Positions 12,223 through 24,514 of a stretch of DNA of 64,000 nt are shown in pieces. Origin of the DNA: Lama glama. Its lineage: Eukaryota. A model generated the notes under the pieces. It saw only the letters and a list, made by a program, of their open reading frames with translations. It had not been told where the DNA came from and searched no databases. The position numbers and the translations under genes were made by a program. The DNA lies in assembly GCA_028534125.1 (NCBI GenBank), contig CM052817.1, positions 5,148,001 to 5,212,000 on the forward strand, written 5' to 3'. Each line of letters begins with the position of its first letter. Positions within the stretch are counted from its first letter, which is position 1.

Positions 12223-12374
12223 GGATGTATCTTGCCCTCGTCTTTGCCCAGAGAGCTCTGTGGTGCTGCTGAGAGCCACAGGCTTCGAGAACAGTCAGCT
12301 CAGAGCAGGATGATGGACCTGGGTCCCTCAGCTCCTTGAAAGGACACAGTGCCTTCATCCTCTTTTTCCAAGCC

Positions 12375-12470
12375 CTCAAACACAATTTTGTGCGATAGTC
12401 AATGGGTATCCTTGTGCCCATTTTACAGATGAGGAAACTGAAATTTAGAAAGATTCTGTAGCAAAGCCTG
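12375..12470 (-). mobile_element. MIR SINE fragment
   Basis: cccattttacagatgaggaaactga core. Confidence 0.85.
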
Positions 12471-13518
12471 GATCAAAAATAGATCCTAAAACCAACCACC
12501 GTCCCCAGGGGGTTGGGATGGGCAGGCAAGGGTTAAGGCTGAGGCAGGGCAGGTGGGCCCAGTCCAGGCCCTGCTGACTCACTGGGCCTTAATACCGCTG
12601 CTCGCTGTGGGTGCTGTCAGTTGCCTGGGAGCTGATTAAGATGTCACAGAGGATTATGATGTCAGGTGCAAGAATCACGCTCCAGGAGGGGTGACTGCTG
12701 GGCCGGGAGGGAGGTTACCCCAGCAACGGAGACGGGACATCCACGCAGAGCAGCAGCACAGCCTGGTGGGGGGGGCATGGGGCTTGGGGTCACGCTGTCC
12801 TGGGTGCGGACTCTGGCTCCTCATCTCTGCCGCTGGGTGACCTTGGGTACAACATCTCCCATCCCTGAGCTGCATGCTCCTCATGCAGAGGCTGGGGGAG
12901 AATCTTTCTATCCCTGTGTGCATCAAATGGAGCAGCTGGAGAAAATCCTCTGGCCTCTGCAAGCATCTGCCAAATGGCAGTCCCCAGGTAACCCACAGGC
13001 ATCAGCTCCAGAGCTGGGGCTCAGGCACGGGCAAGCTTGCCAGCAGTGGCAAAGAAATGGTGCCAGATCACCTCGCTGCCAAGAGCTGAGGCTGCTTAGA
13101 GAGCACTGTCACCTGGCAATGGCGAGACCGGTTAGCAGCCTCCTTTGTGTCAACCAGTGGGAGGCTCTTCACGCAGCCTGCTGAAGGTTTCACTCAAATA
13201 AAGCTGACCACAGCGCGTCTTCACTGTCTGTTCACTTGTTGCTTTCACTATTTGGCCATGAACCCTATTTCTTTAGATCCCTAGAACCCAGCACCATGCC
13301 AAAAACATGTTTGAATAAATGAAGGGAAAAAAGAAAGTGTTCTCTCAACTTCCCCCTTTACCCCTCAGAATAAATTTCTCCTGTCTTTGAGGAGGAAATA
13401 TTCCTCCTTCTCTGCAAAGCTTCCTTCCCCCTTAATGTGTCCTTAATTCTAATCCTCTTATTTTCCCATGTCCTGACTTTTATCTACTCATCCATCTGCC
13501 AGCTCAGCTATTCTGCCA

Positions 13519-13777
13519 CCCATCCATCCGTCCCTCCATCATCCATCCATCCCTCCATCATCCTTCCGTCTCTCCATCATCCATCCATCCCCCCATCATC
13601 CATCTGTCCCTCCATCATCCATCCATCCCTCCATCATCCGTCCATCCATCCACTCATCCATCCATCCACTCATCCATCCATCCATCCATGACATTATTCA
13701 TTTATTTGCCTGCCTGTCGATCTACATATCCATCTGTCTACCCTCCACCCATTCACCAACCACCCATCCATCCATCA
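13519..13777. repeat. Degenerate (CCAT)n repeat, probably grown from an L2 tail (L2 on minus strand continues to ~13990)
   Basis: Many catc/ccat units; adjacent tgagcatctgtctctaagcca ... ccctaaggagttctcagtcta is L2-like. Confidence 0.85.
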
Positions 13778-14139
13778 GGGGAGGAGATACCTGAGCATCT
13801 GTCTCTAAGCCATGTCTTATGCTAGATTTGAGGGGCCCACAGGGTCACTTCAGACTGGGACCCTGGCCCTAAGGAGTTCTCAGTCTATTAGGGGTGAAAA
13901 GACATGAGAGGAAATCTCTGCGATGCACAGGTGAGAGGGAGGGCTCCTTCAGAGTGGGGAAGGCCGGGTCCTTGGGTCCCACACAGGATGCAGAAGTAGT
14001 GTTCTACTTGGAAATCAGGGAAGGCTCCTGGGAGGAATGAGAGTAGAAGTGGCGGTTTCTCGAGGGAGGATAATTTGGGAGGGAGAGGTGAGTAAAGAAG
14101 CAAGTGGCAAGCAGCTCCCTCTTCCGCAACTCCCACCAC

Positions 14140-14465
14140 GTGCTGATATCGCCTCCCCTTTGCGGAGCCTTCACACAGGTTCAGAGACGTTAAGTAACTT
14201 CCTCCAAGTCACTCAGCTTTGTGAGGGATACAGCCGATTTGAGAAACTCAAGTACATCTCCTCAGAGAGGCCTTCCTGGGCCACTTCTGCCCATCTCACT
14301 CTGCCTGTTTCCTTCACAGTCTGCCCTATCTGTGTCTGTTGTCTCTTTCCTCCACTGGAAGACCAGTTCCACGAGGGCAGGACCTGGCCTTGCTCCCTGC
14401 TCTGTCTCTAGCATCTGGAGACCAGCAGGTGCTCAGAGAGTCTTTTCTGAGATGCTGTGGATGGA
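14140..14465. mobile_element. MIR fragment (minus) abutting an L2 3' end (plus)
   Basis: cagagacgttaagtaacttcctccaagtcactcagct; ctcagagaggccttcctggg ... ttccacgagggcaggacct. Confidence 0.7.
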
Positions 14466-15596
14466 CCAGTCTGTGTGTCCTGGACCAGGGGACAGTTCCC
14501 TGGTCCCTGATCTCCTGCCCACTCTTTGAAGCCCCTTTCTCCCTGGAAGCCTCCCTACTCAGCCGTCTTCTGACTCTGGCCAGCCTGGCCTTCCAGATGT
14601 GGGATTCCATCAGCTGAATGCTGCTCGGGCCTCCCTGTCCCCTGGCCAGGGCAGGCGTCCCTGCTGCCCATTTCTGATCGTCTTAGGAGACACGCACTGA
14701 GCAAGCAGATAATTGAAAAGATTACCCTGGGATAGGACTCGTGGATGGTTGATTTATTGTGCGTCATCCCTACTTCAGAGTTTTTATTAGAAATTGAAGA
14801 ATGGCTTCCCAACTTGAGCCTCGTGGCTGCGTTTAACCTCCACCTGTCACACAGACTCACAATGGCTCCTGGGGGTTCTGCAGTCACTGTGCCTGGGAGC
14901 TCTGGATATGACCCCCCACCCCCTCCTCCCAACAGCAGCAGCCGCAGCTAAGACCCCGCCCCTCCCCCTCCCCTTCTTCTCTCCTCCCTCCCGCTCCAGC
15001 TCCACCTCCTCCTTTCACCTTTCCCTACCGCTCCCCCTCCTATCTGCTCTTGGGAGAGTGGAATGAGCTGGTTGGAAGGATGGGAGGGGACTTTGGCGAA
15101 AAAGTGGAGGATCCACATAGTGATTAAGTCGAATCCATCTTGGAAGCTTAGCCATCCTCCCGGGCTCTGCTCAGAAGTCCTTCTTCCATGAGGCCTTCCT
15201 TGACTCTCCTCTCCCACCTGGAAGCCGTCCCTTTTCCATCAGTTTCCAGAGCTCCTGGCTGGTCCTTCTGTTCATAGGAACGTGCCCATCCCACCGGGCA
15301 CTGGGGTTGCTGTGTTCGAGATCAGTCTCTCCCGTCTCCATAAAGGCAGAGGCTCTGTGGGGGCGGGTGACCCTGGGGAGTGGGGGCAGGGTGGCAGGCA
15401 CTTAAGTGGGGGCAGCTAACATGTTGGGGGTTGTTGGCCAACATGGAAGATCAGCTGGGGACTGGTGTCATAATCCAGATGAGATTACAACCAGGTGAGC
15501 TGGGTGACTTTGGGCGGATCACCTTACCTCTCTGAACCTGTCGTTTCTCATTTATACTACAGTGATAACAACACCCACCTTAGATATTCACCCTAA

Positions 15597-15760
15597 AGTG
15601 ATGTTCTCAACTGGACCAGCTGCATCATTGTCACGTGGGAACTTGTGAGAAATGCAGATCCTCAGGCCCCACCCTTGACCTGCTGCTGAATCGGAAAGTC
15701 TGGGGTGGGGCCCAGCACGCCCCCCAGGAGACTCTGATGCACAGGAGAGTGTTGCTGAGA
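15597..15760. mobile_element. MER5A-like hAT-Charlie DNA transposon fossil
   Basis: tgggaacttgtgagaaatgcagatcctcaggccccacc ... gaatcggaaagtctggggtggggcccagca ... ctgatgca. Confidence 0.85.
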
Positions 15761-16274
15761 AAGCAGGTGAAGTCGCTGACACAGAGGAGCACTCCGCGCC
15801 CCTTCCTCTGTGCTGAGATAAAGCTCTGGGTACGGTTCTGATGGGAAGATGCTGGCCAGAAAGATGTGTGTGTTCCAGGGTCAGGAGCAGCAGATGCCGA
15901 CAGATCAGCAGAACGCCCGCCCTTCCCGAGTCATCCGTGAGGCTCAAGGAAGGAAACAGCCCCTGGGCCAGGCCCTCCCTGGGGGAATGCTGGAAGCTGC
16001 CTCGGGGGAAGGAAACAGGTCGGGCTTCAAAGCAACCCCAAGAAGAAGCCTCAGGAAGGGACGCCAGAAAGCTGTGTGTGGGAATCAACGCAGTGGGTGC
16101 TCTGCCCTCCTCTTACGTTCAGTCTGTTTCTGGTCACTAGACCTGCTTTTAGAGAGAGATGGCCTGGCACGTTCCCTGACCTCAGGTAGGGCTGCGGCGG
16201 GGAACGGAGCAGATAACTGACAGCAGGCACCTGGGGCAGGAGGGGGGTGGACTGACAGTTCCTACTGAGGCCCA

Positions 16275-16525
16275 GAGACCCAGGGAGAAGGCCACGTGGT
16301 GACAGAGGCAGAGATGGGATTGACACAGCCACGAGACAAGGAACCTTGATCACTAGCAGCCACCAGAAGCAGAAAGAGGCCTGGGACAGCCACTCCTTGG
16401 AGCCTTTGGAGGAACACGGCCCTGCCAACAGCTTGGTCTTGGACTTCCGGCCCCCAGAGCTGTGAGAGAAGAGGTTTCTGTTGTTTAAAGCCCCCGGTCA
16501 GTGGTACTTTGCTCTGGACAGCTGA
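16275..16525 (+). mobile_element. MLT1 LTR 3' half
   Basis: ccacgtggtgacagaggcagagatggga ... cacggccctgccaacagcttggtcttggacttccggcccccagagctgtgagagaa. Confidence 0.85.
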
Positions 16526-16529
16526 GCCC

Positions 16530-16870
16530 TGCACGACTCCAAGTGTGGTCCCCAGACGGCAGCAGCAGCCCCACTGGTTAGCCATGCCTAGAACGCCAGA
16601 CAAAGTCTGCATTTTAACAAGATCCCCAAGCATCCTGAGTGGGGCTGGAGTCTGCAAACTCGCCTTTGGGTCAGCACGACCTTTGGCATCCATGCTCCTG
16701 GGGCGTCTGTCCAACCCTCTGGCTCAGGAAAGGCTGTGTGGGGCAGTGGCGAGAGTGCAGGCTTTGTCATTGCAGACCGCAGACCTGGTTTGACTGCTGG
16801 CTCTGCCGATGGTCAGCTGTGTGACTTCAGATTGGTTTCTCAACGTCTCTGAGCCATGTGTCAATTTGGT
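16530..16870. mobile_element. MER5-like fragment followed by a MIR (plus)
   Basis: aagtgtggtccccagac ... tctgcattttaacaagatcccc; ggctctgccgatggtcagctgtgtgactt. Confidence 0.65.
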
Positions 16871-18364
16871 AGGTAACTGAACCAAGTGCAGGAGCCCCAG
16901 AACCAGTCAGTGGGTTTACACAGGTGACGGTCTGAGAGCCCCAAAGCGAGGGCTTCAACGGGGCAGGAGCTGAGCTGAGAAGTTCCGGGGACTTTGGGGA
17001 GGCGGCCTCTAGTCCCTGCCACCATCATCATATGGCCTCCCCCATGGCACATTCTCCTGCCCTACTTCCAGCAAGGTACCTGGAGGCCTGGTCGCAGGAC
17101 CCTGGGTTTGGGGAGGGCGGTGGTGATCAAGGCCAAGGGTGCTCGGTCCGCCTCCTTCCTGCCTGGGCTCTGGGGATCTCCGCACCCACACCCTACAGTG
17201 TCTTCAGGTGGCCGTGCTCTTCACCACCTTTGCCACTTGCCTTCTTAGGGTGGTCCCAGACCCCCTGGCACCCTCCTCTTCCCTATGTCTTCTTCCCTCG
17301 TGCCCTCCCCCCTCCCATCCTGGGCGCACAGCATCTGCTCCCACCGCTCCTGACACCGCTCCTCCTGGCCCTCATAAGTGCCAGGTCAACGCAGTTCCTA
17401 AAATAAGCCACTGGCCATCAGGAGCAGGTGGGGACCATTAGCGCCCTGTCCCCTCTGCCGTTTTCTGTTTTCTCTCTCCTGCCTCCCTGTCTGCATCCCT
17501 CCTTCTCTGTCTCTTTCCTGGTTTCTCTCTGTGTATGGCTGTCTGGGTCTGTTTCTAAGGCTCTCTCCTTTCTCACCATGGAAACTGATTTCAATTCTGA
17601 CCTCATCCAAATGATTACAAATAGGAGGGGGAAACCACAGGCCTGGAATCTCGGCAAGGCGGTGGCTCCTTCCTCTGGGGCGGGGCCGGGTGCCCCTGCA
17701 GACTTCCAAAGGGCAGCCGGAGATGTCCTGTCTCAGCGCCCCTCCCCTGGTGGAGGACGGGGAGGGACACTCCCCGAGGTCTTGGGGTCAGAGGTGGCTC
17801 AGCTGGTCTGGGAGGACTGCGCCGCCCTGACCTGGTCTTTGGGACTGCGCTTCGTTGTCTCCCAGGGCCGCCTTTCATCAGCAACCGCTGAGTTTTGTGG
17901 TGACCAGGCCTGGGCTCTGGGGGGTGGGGAGCCCGCCCTGATGCAGTGCAGAGCCCGGACAAGCCCTGTTTGCCTGGTTCCTGCTCCCCTGAGGGTTACT
18001 TGGAGACACAGCGCGGGGCAGGGGGCTTAACCCGGCCTCTTTCATCAGCTGGGACCCGGCTCTCCCTTCATCCTTCCCCCTCCCCACAGATAGACCCGCT
18101 ATCACTTCCTTCAGAAAGAGAAATGCCTCTGACCCCAGCCCTCCTTCGGTTCCGAGGTCTAGACAGTAAGGAAGGATTAGGATTTGCAAGATAGGGGGTA
18201 AGATTACATTAAAAGGTTTGATTAAGGAAATAGAGGAAACAGGGTTTAGTGTTTCTTGCCTCCGCTCTGGGTCTTCAAAATGAATGTTCTTATTCTCATG
18301 CAGAGGCAATCAGCAACAATCCTGGCTTGCAACCTCCAACTCTGTTGTTGAATGCCCTCCTGAA

Positions 18365-18596
18365 AACACACTTGCACACCCACTCACAACATGGACACAC
18401 ACTCCAATACCCGCACACACAACTCATTTGCAGTCGGAGTCTCACACACATATTCAGCACTTAAACAACCCCACCCCCACTCAAATACATACACAGAACC
18501 CACGCTTACACACACACGTGTAGTCGTGTACTCACGCCACATCTATACGCACACAACTTGCTTGCACACTCATGCAGACACACATACACACACACA
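18365..18596. repeat. CA-rich low-complexity tract
   Basis: Interrupted (CA)n runs. Confidence 0.75.
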
Positions 18597-18847
18597 GGAT
18601 TTCCCCAGCTCTAACTGAGAAAATACGGAGACTCCCAAGATTGGACCAAGGCCAGGTTGACCTGGGCAGGGTGAGGCTCTGCTGACCAGCACAGCACTGG
18701 CCCCCTGGGAGGAAGGCAGCCAACACAGTGCAGTGGCTGGTGCTGTGGGACTCCTGGCTAGAGCTTACCCACCCTACGGCTCTTTTCAGAGAAGCTGGAG
18801 ACCTGGATTTTTAACAGGGATGTCTCAATTTAAAAACGCTGGCCATT

Positions 18848-19546
18848 GCATCATCAAAAAGTCCACGAACTATAAACGCTGGAGAGGATGTGGAGAAAAG
18901 GGAACCCCCTACACTACAATCCCATTCCTGGGCATGTATCTAAAAGGAACTCTTAATTCAAAGAGATATGCACCCTAATGTTCGCAGCAGCACTGTATAG
19001 CCAGGACATAAAAGCAATCTAAATGTTCATCAACAGATGACTGCAGAAAGAAGTTGTGGTATATGTATACAATGGAATCCTACTCTGTCATAAAAAGAAT
19101 AAAATAATGCCATTTGCAGCAACATGGATGGACCTAGAGATCATCATTCTAAGTGAAGTAAATCAGACAGAGAAAGAAAAATACCATATTATGTCACTCA
19201 TATGTGGAATCTAAAAAAAGAAGAAAAAAAGACAACACTAATGAATTCATCTGCAAAACAGAAACAGACTCACAGACATAGTAAACAGTCTTATGGTTAC
19301 CAGAGGAAAGTAGGTGGAAAGGGGTAAATTTGGGAGTTTGAGATGTGCGAATGTCAGCCACTATATATAAAAATAGATTTAAAAATTTCTTCTGTACAGC
19401 ACAGGGAACTATATTCAATATTTTGTAATAACCTTTAATGAAAAAGAATATGAATACATGTGTATATATGCATGACTAGAACATCGTGCTGTACAGCAGA
19501 AATGGACACATTTTAACTGACTTTACTTCAATGAAAAAAGAAAAAG
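18848..19546 (+). mobile_element. 5'-truncated L1 (ORF2 end, 3'UTR, A tail), cetartiodactyl type, 15-bp TSD
   Basis: ccatttgcagcaacatggatggacctagaga, gaaacagactcacagacata, acagcacagggaactatattcaata; TSD aaaacgctggccatt 18833-47 / aaaatgctggccatt 19547-61; TT/AAAA target. Confidence 0.95.
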
Positions 19547-19999
19547 AAAATGCTGGCCATTAATTTAACCAACAGCAACAACAAGAGCTCTTCAGGCTTC
19601 ATCTGTCCTGAGGACAGCTGATTTAGGGCCTCTTAGCAGGGCCACTGCCCATTTCACAGATAGGGAAACTGAGATTCAGCAAGGACAGTGTCTTTTCTAG
19701 GGTTGCTCAGGAGAAGAATTGACATTACCAGGAATACAGCTAAGATCTTTTGGGGTTTCTTAACAACTGGAACCTAATCAAATCAAGTTATTTGCCAAAC
19801 ACAGTTTATCAAAGCAGTCGCCTCCCTTAACCTAAAGTTAATATTCCTTCAACAGCTCAAATGTCACTTATCCAGCCAGTCCCATCTCGAGGACCTCCTG
19901 CCCTTTGCGCTTCGATCACTTTACCCCGCAACCCTTGCAGTCATCCTGATTGTAAATGAGTTTCATTTGCCAGGAGTTTATTTTTAATGGTCGTCAGTG

Positions 20000-20361
20000 G
20001 CATGTTCCCTCCCTCAGGCACATGTGTCCCAACACAGCCTTTCCTGGCTCCTTATTGGTGGATGGGGCCATGTGACTGGCTTTAGCCAGTGATCTGTGAG
20101 CAGAAGTAACTTGCGTCAATTCCAGTGAAAGACTTAATAGCTGTTGTGCCACCCCGCAGAGCACACTTTCTCGCAGGCATGGTGACTGGCAATGTTTAGA
20201 AGGTAACTACTCCATCAGTCTGGCCCCCAGTGATGGGCAGAGGCCCCCTGGTGACCTGTGATAGATGTGCAGCGTGAGCAAGAAATAAACTTGTATTCAG
20301 CATGGAGATTGAGGGGTTGTTTGTTACTGTAGCACAACCTATTTTCTCCTGACTGCTATAC
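20000..20361 (+). mobile_element. MLT1I/J-like LTR inserted into an L2 (L2 pieces ~19840-19990 and ~20370-20500)
   Basis: ggggccatgtgactggctttagccagtga ... gtgagcaagaaataaactt ... gggttgtttgttactgtagcacaacct. Confidence 0.75.
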
Positions 20362-20510
20362 TTTTAAAATGCCCATTTCTCACTGTTGCAATGTAGGGAG
20401 AAACCTTGCCTGTTTGTTCACTATTAGTTTCCAGCACCTCAGCCCAAACCTGGCACTTCGTAAGTACTTAAGGAACGTCTTTTGAATGATGGATGTGTCA
20501 GCTGGTGCAG

Positions 20511-20758
20511 TGAGTGAAAGCACAGCCTTTCAAAATAAGACAGACCCTGATTGGAAACTCGGCTCTGCAGTATGACTTGGGGCAAGTGACAAAGTGTCTG
20601 AGCCTCACCTTTCCCTCCTGACAAATGGAGACACTATGATCCCCACCTCACCTGGATGTACCATGGGTGGACTGAGATTGTCCATCCTGTGTTCTCAGCT
20701 CTGTGCCTGGAGCTAGGCAAAAGCTCAAGAGTGAGAGCTGGCAATATTCTCATTAATA
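20511..20758 (+). mobile_element. Near full-length MIR
   Basis: Head gcagtgagtgaaagcacag, core gacttggggcaagtgacaaagtgtctgagcctcac, tail gtgcctggagctaggcaaaagctcaa. Confidence 0.8.
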
Positions 20759-21044
20759 TGATGGATGGAGTGCAGGGAGTAGTTCTCAGAATTTCTCCAG
20801 ATGCACAGGACAGTGCCCACTCCAGGGCCCAATTCTAGAGGATTGAATTCGGTCAATTTGACCAGGAGCCAGAAATCTGCATTCAAAACCAGCCCCCCTG
20901 GGTGATCTGATGCAATGGCTTGACAAAGCTGGCCTATGTGTTCACTGCGGAGCCTGATCCGCCATCAGTCCTCGGAGTGGGGAAGACTTGCTCTTCCTGC
21001 ATTTAATTGAGCATCTGACTAGAGCGTTCATGATTTTCTCATGG

Positions 21045-21265
21045 CAATAATACTAAAAACAGACAGTCTGAAGCATTTCCCATGCACCAAGCTCTCTGCC
21101 CAGGTGGCTAACCAGTCTCTGCTCCTAGCGACCCAAGTAGAAGATGTCACCATCCCTACTCTACAGGCGAGGAAACTGAGGCTCAGAGAGGGATGGGTCT
21201 TGCCCAAGGGCACCCAGCTGGGGAGTGGCGGAGCCTCTGGGGAGCTCAATCTCATGGTCTGGGAT
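21045..21265 (-). mobile_element. MIR SINE
   Basis: tacaggcgaggaaactgaggctcagagagggatgggtcttgcccaagggcacccagctgggagtggcggagc. Confidence 0.9.
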
Positions 21266-21509
21266 GTAACGAGTGACCCAACCTGGAAATGACACTGATG
21301 TGGATGAGAAGGTCTTGCGTGGAATCCTGCAGGGATGGTGAAGTACGGTGCCTTTCAACCTAAACACAGATGTTTGCTGAAAACAATTTTATTGAGTTAT
21401 AATCAAATACAATAAGGCATACCTACTCAAAGCGTATGATCTGTTAAGCTTCCACAAACTTAAACCCCCACGAAGCCTTCGTCCCAACTGAGCTCATGAA
21501 CACAATATT

Positions 21510-21898
21510 TGTCTTAGTCATCTCAGGCTGCAACAGCAAAACACCACAAACTGGGGAGCTTAAACAACAGACATTTCTTTCCTCACAGCTTTGGAGGCTA
21601 GAAGCCCAAGCTCAGGGTTTCAGGATGGGCAGGCTCCTGGGAGGTCTCCCTCCTTGGCTTGCAGGCGGCTGCCCTCTTGCTGTGCCCCCGCATGGCCTTT
21701 CTTTAGTATGTGTGCATGAAGTCAGAGGACTCTTCCCCGCTTCTTAAAGGCCACCAGTCCCATGGGATTAGGGCCCCACCCTGTGACCTTATTTAACCTT
21801 ATTTACCTCCTAAAAGCCCAATCTCCAAATACAGTCACACTTAGGGGTAGGCTCCGATAAATGAATCTGGGGGAGGGAACACAACTCAGTCCATTGCA
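21510..21898 (-). mobile_element. MLT1A-like solo LTR
   Basis: tgtcttagtc start; cttaaacaacagacatttctttcctcacagctttggaggctagaag; tctccaaatacagtcacac; cagtccattgca end. Confidence 0.9.
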
Positions 21899-21929
21899 AC
21901 AACTAATTTTTAAAACTTCATTGTTTATC

Positions 21930-22420
21930 CAAGCATGCATAGAAATTTATGCTGATAAATGTTTACTATAGAATTATTATAATAGTGAAAACCCCAAACC
22001 ACTTAAGTACCTAACTGTCAGAGAAAGGCTGGATAAGTGACGGTACATCTACACAGTAAATCATGAATGTAAACCCAGATCTAGGACAGTCCCTGACACT
22101 TAGTAAGTGCTTAATAAAAAAGTTAAAAATCTGTGCTTCTGAAGAGTTTCTAATGATATGGAGAAATGCTTAAGATACTGTATTATGTGAAAAAAAAATA
22201 ATCAGGATTTAAAATGGCATTAGAAACGTACTTCTAACCATGTATACAATAAATACAAACACAGAAAAACGATTAGGGAAAAAAAAAGTTTTAACAGAGG
22301 TTGTCCTGGGGTGACGTGATTCATGGAAATTATATTTGTTGCTTTAAATACATAATTTTCTTTAGTTTCCTCATTCTTTAAAATGAGCACACACTACTTC
22401 TATAAAGAGGAAGAAAACTT
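21930..22420 (+). mobile_element. Old L1 (L1ME-like) 3' fragments
   Basis: AT-rich; tttactatagaattattataatagtgaaa, ggataagtgacggtacatctacaca, atggagaaatgcttaagatac. Confidence 0.6.
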
Positions 22421-23565
22421 GTATTGGCAAATTAGAAGTGGCATTGGAAAACTCAGTTGCACAGGAATGGAAGAGGTGATACCCAGCTTGACAGAGGTTC
22501 ATGAAAATGACCACAGATCATTGAAAGAATAGGACAGATGTGAATTTGTGTCACAGATTCATACAGATGTGTGATTTGGGGGCAATTCACTTGGACCTTC
22601 CTGGGCCTCAGTTTTCAAATCTGTAGAATGGGTACCACAATGGGCCCTTGAGTGCATGTTTTGAGATTAACTGAGTATGTGTTTTAACCTTGTTTTTTCT
22701 GCCTCCATCCTCCATCTTCTGTCTGCTCTTTACATTACAGATTATTCCTCTCATTTATCAGATGAACATCTGTTGACCCAGTTTGTTCCAGGTGCAGACT
22801 AGCTCCTGGGGAGACAAAGATAAATCGGACATTTGCTGCTTTTTGAGGCGCAGGGGGACAAGGTCTATAGGGAGCCAAGGACAGGCCAGGCTCTTGGGGC
22901 CAACCATTGCTTGTTGTCATGACAACATAAGCACCCACTCGCCTGCCAGAGGACCCTGTCTTAACGTCGACTGCTCCATCGCGGGCACGGGTTACCCGCC
23001 CATGAGGGGCTGGCCCACATGAGCCCTCTGCCAACAAGCGCTAGGCCCATGATCCCGCTTCTTCCACAAAGGGAGCTGTGAAGTCTGCAGATGGGACACA
23101 TAGCCCTGACATCAGATGGACTCAAACAGAGCAGACATGTGGCCCAAGCCTGGAAGGGGTAAGTAGGAGCTTGACAGACTGGAAAAGCTCAGGGAAGAGG
23201 GCAAAGCGTTTTCAAAGGCTTGGATTTGACCTGCCTTGTATGCTGTGTGACTCATTCTGGATGGAGTGGAATATAGACCATGAAGGCAGCCCTTGGAGAT
23301 GGCTAATGCTGGGAACCACATCCCAGAGGGCTTTGTTGATGGGGCTGAACAGTGAGATCTTTAACCCAGAGACCACGGGGAGCCACTGAGGGGCTCGGGC
23401 AGGGGGCGGCCCCTAGGCGGACTTCCTTTGGCAGGACATCTGTGGACCAATGAAGGGGGTGCGCTGGGAGAGAGAAGGGAAGCAAGAGCAAGTCTGAGAG
23501 CTGTTTCTAACGCAGGGAGGGCTGTGGGGCTGTGGGGTGGGTAGCGGTGTAAACTCTGCAAGACA

Positions 23566-24065
23566 NNNNNNNNNNNNNNNNNNNNNNNNNNNNNNNNNNN
23601 NNNNNNNNNNNNNNNNNNNNNNNNNNNNNNNNNNNNNNNNNNNNNNNNNNNNNNNNNNNNNNNNNNNNNNNNNNNNNNNNNNNNNNNNNNNNNNNNNNNN
23701 NNNNNNNNNNNNNNNNNNNNNNNNNNNNNNNNNNNNNNNNNNNNNNNNNNNNNNNNNNNNNNNNNNNNNNNNNNNNNNNNNNNNNNNNNNNNNNNNNNNN
23801 NNNNNNNNNNNNNNNNNNNNNNNNNNNNNNNNNNNNNNNNNNNNNNNNNNNNNNNNNNNNNNNNNNNNNNNNNNNNNNNNNNNNNNNNNNNNNNNNNNNN
23901 NNNNNNNNNNNNNNNNNNNNNNNNNNNNNNNNNNNNNNNNNNNNNNNNNNNNNNNNNNNNNNNNNNNNNNNNNNNNNNNNNNNNNNNNNNNNNNNNNNNN
24001 NNNNNNNNNNNNNNNNNNNNNNNNNNNNNNNNNNNNNNNNNNNNNNNNNNNNNNNNNNNNNNNNN
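23566..24065. other. Assembly gap (exactly 500 N)
   Basis: N run counted from the sequence. Confidence 0.99.
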
Positions 24066-24514
24066 CCTGCTTGGTCCAACTCCCACTGCAGGATTTACAG
24101 TGTGTAGAGCGATTGACACGCTCAGCACCACCATGCCAGGCCCTCAGGGCCAGAGGTGAGGAGGCTGATATTCCACTGGCAAAGTGGACTTGAATGGAGA
24201 AGCTTCCAGAAAAATGTGGGAGGCTTCCCAAAGGCAGGCAGCTTTGGGCTTATAGAAGGGTCTCTGGGGGAGAGGTTGGTAGTGACCTCTCTGAGAAGTA
24301 ACATTTAGACTGTAACTCAGGGACCAGCGGGAGACCCAAAGGCAGGAAAGCTGCCAGCTTGTCTGGGAAACTGAAGACTAAATGGCCAGAGTGAGTGAGG
24401 AAGAGAGCCTTAGAGGGCGAGGACAGAGGTACAGCAGGGGCCAGAGCCCATAGTGCTTCCTAAGTCAGGACAGGGAGGTTGGCTTTAAACCTAAGAATAG
24501 TGAGAAGCCATTGG

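Noticed and set aside
17428..18030. 200-aa ORF
   Set aside because: Non-ATG start, GC-rich low-complexity composition, no recognisable protein similarity
23361..24231. Long ORFs of 190-272 aa
   Set aside because: Open only because they cross the 500-N gap
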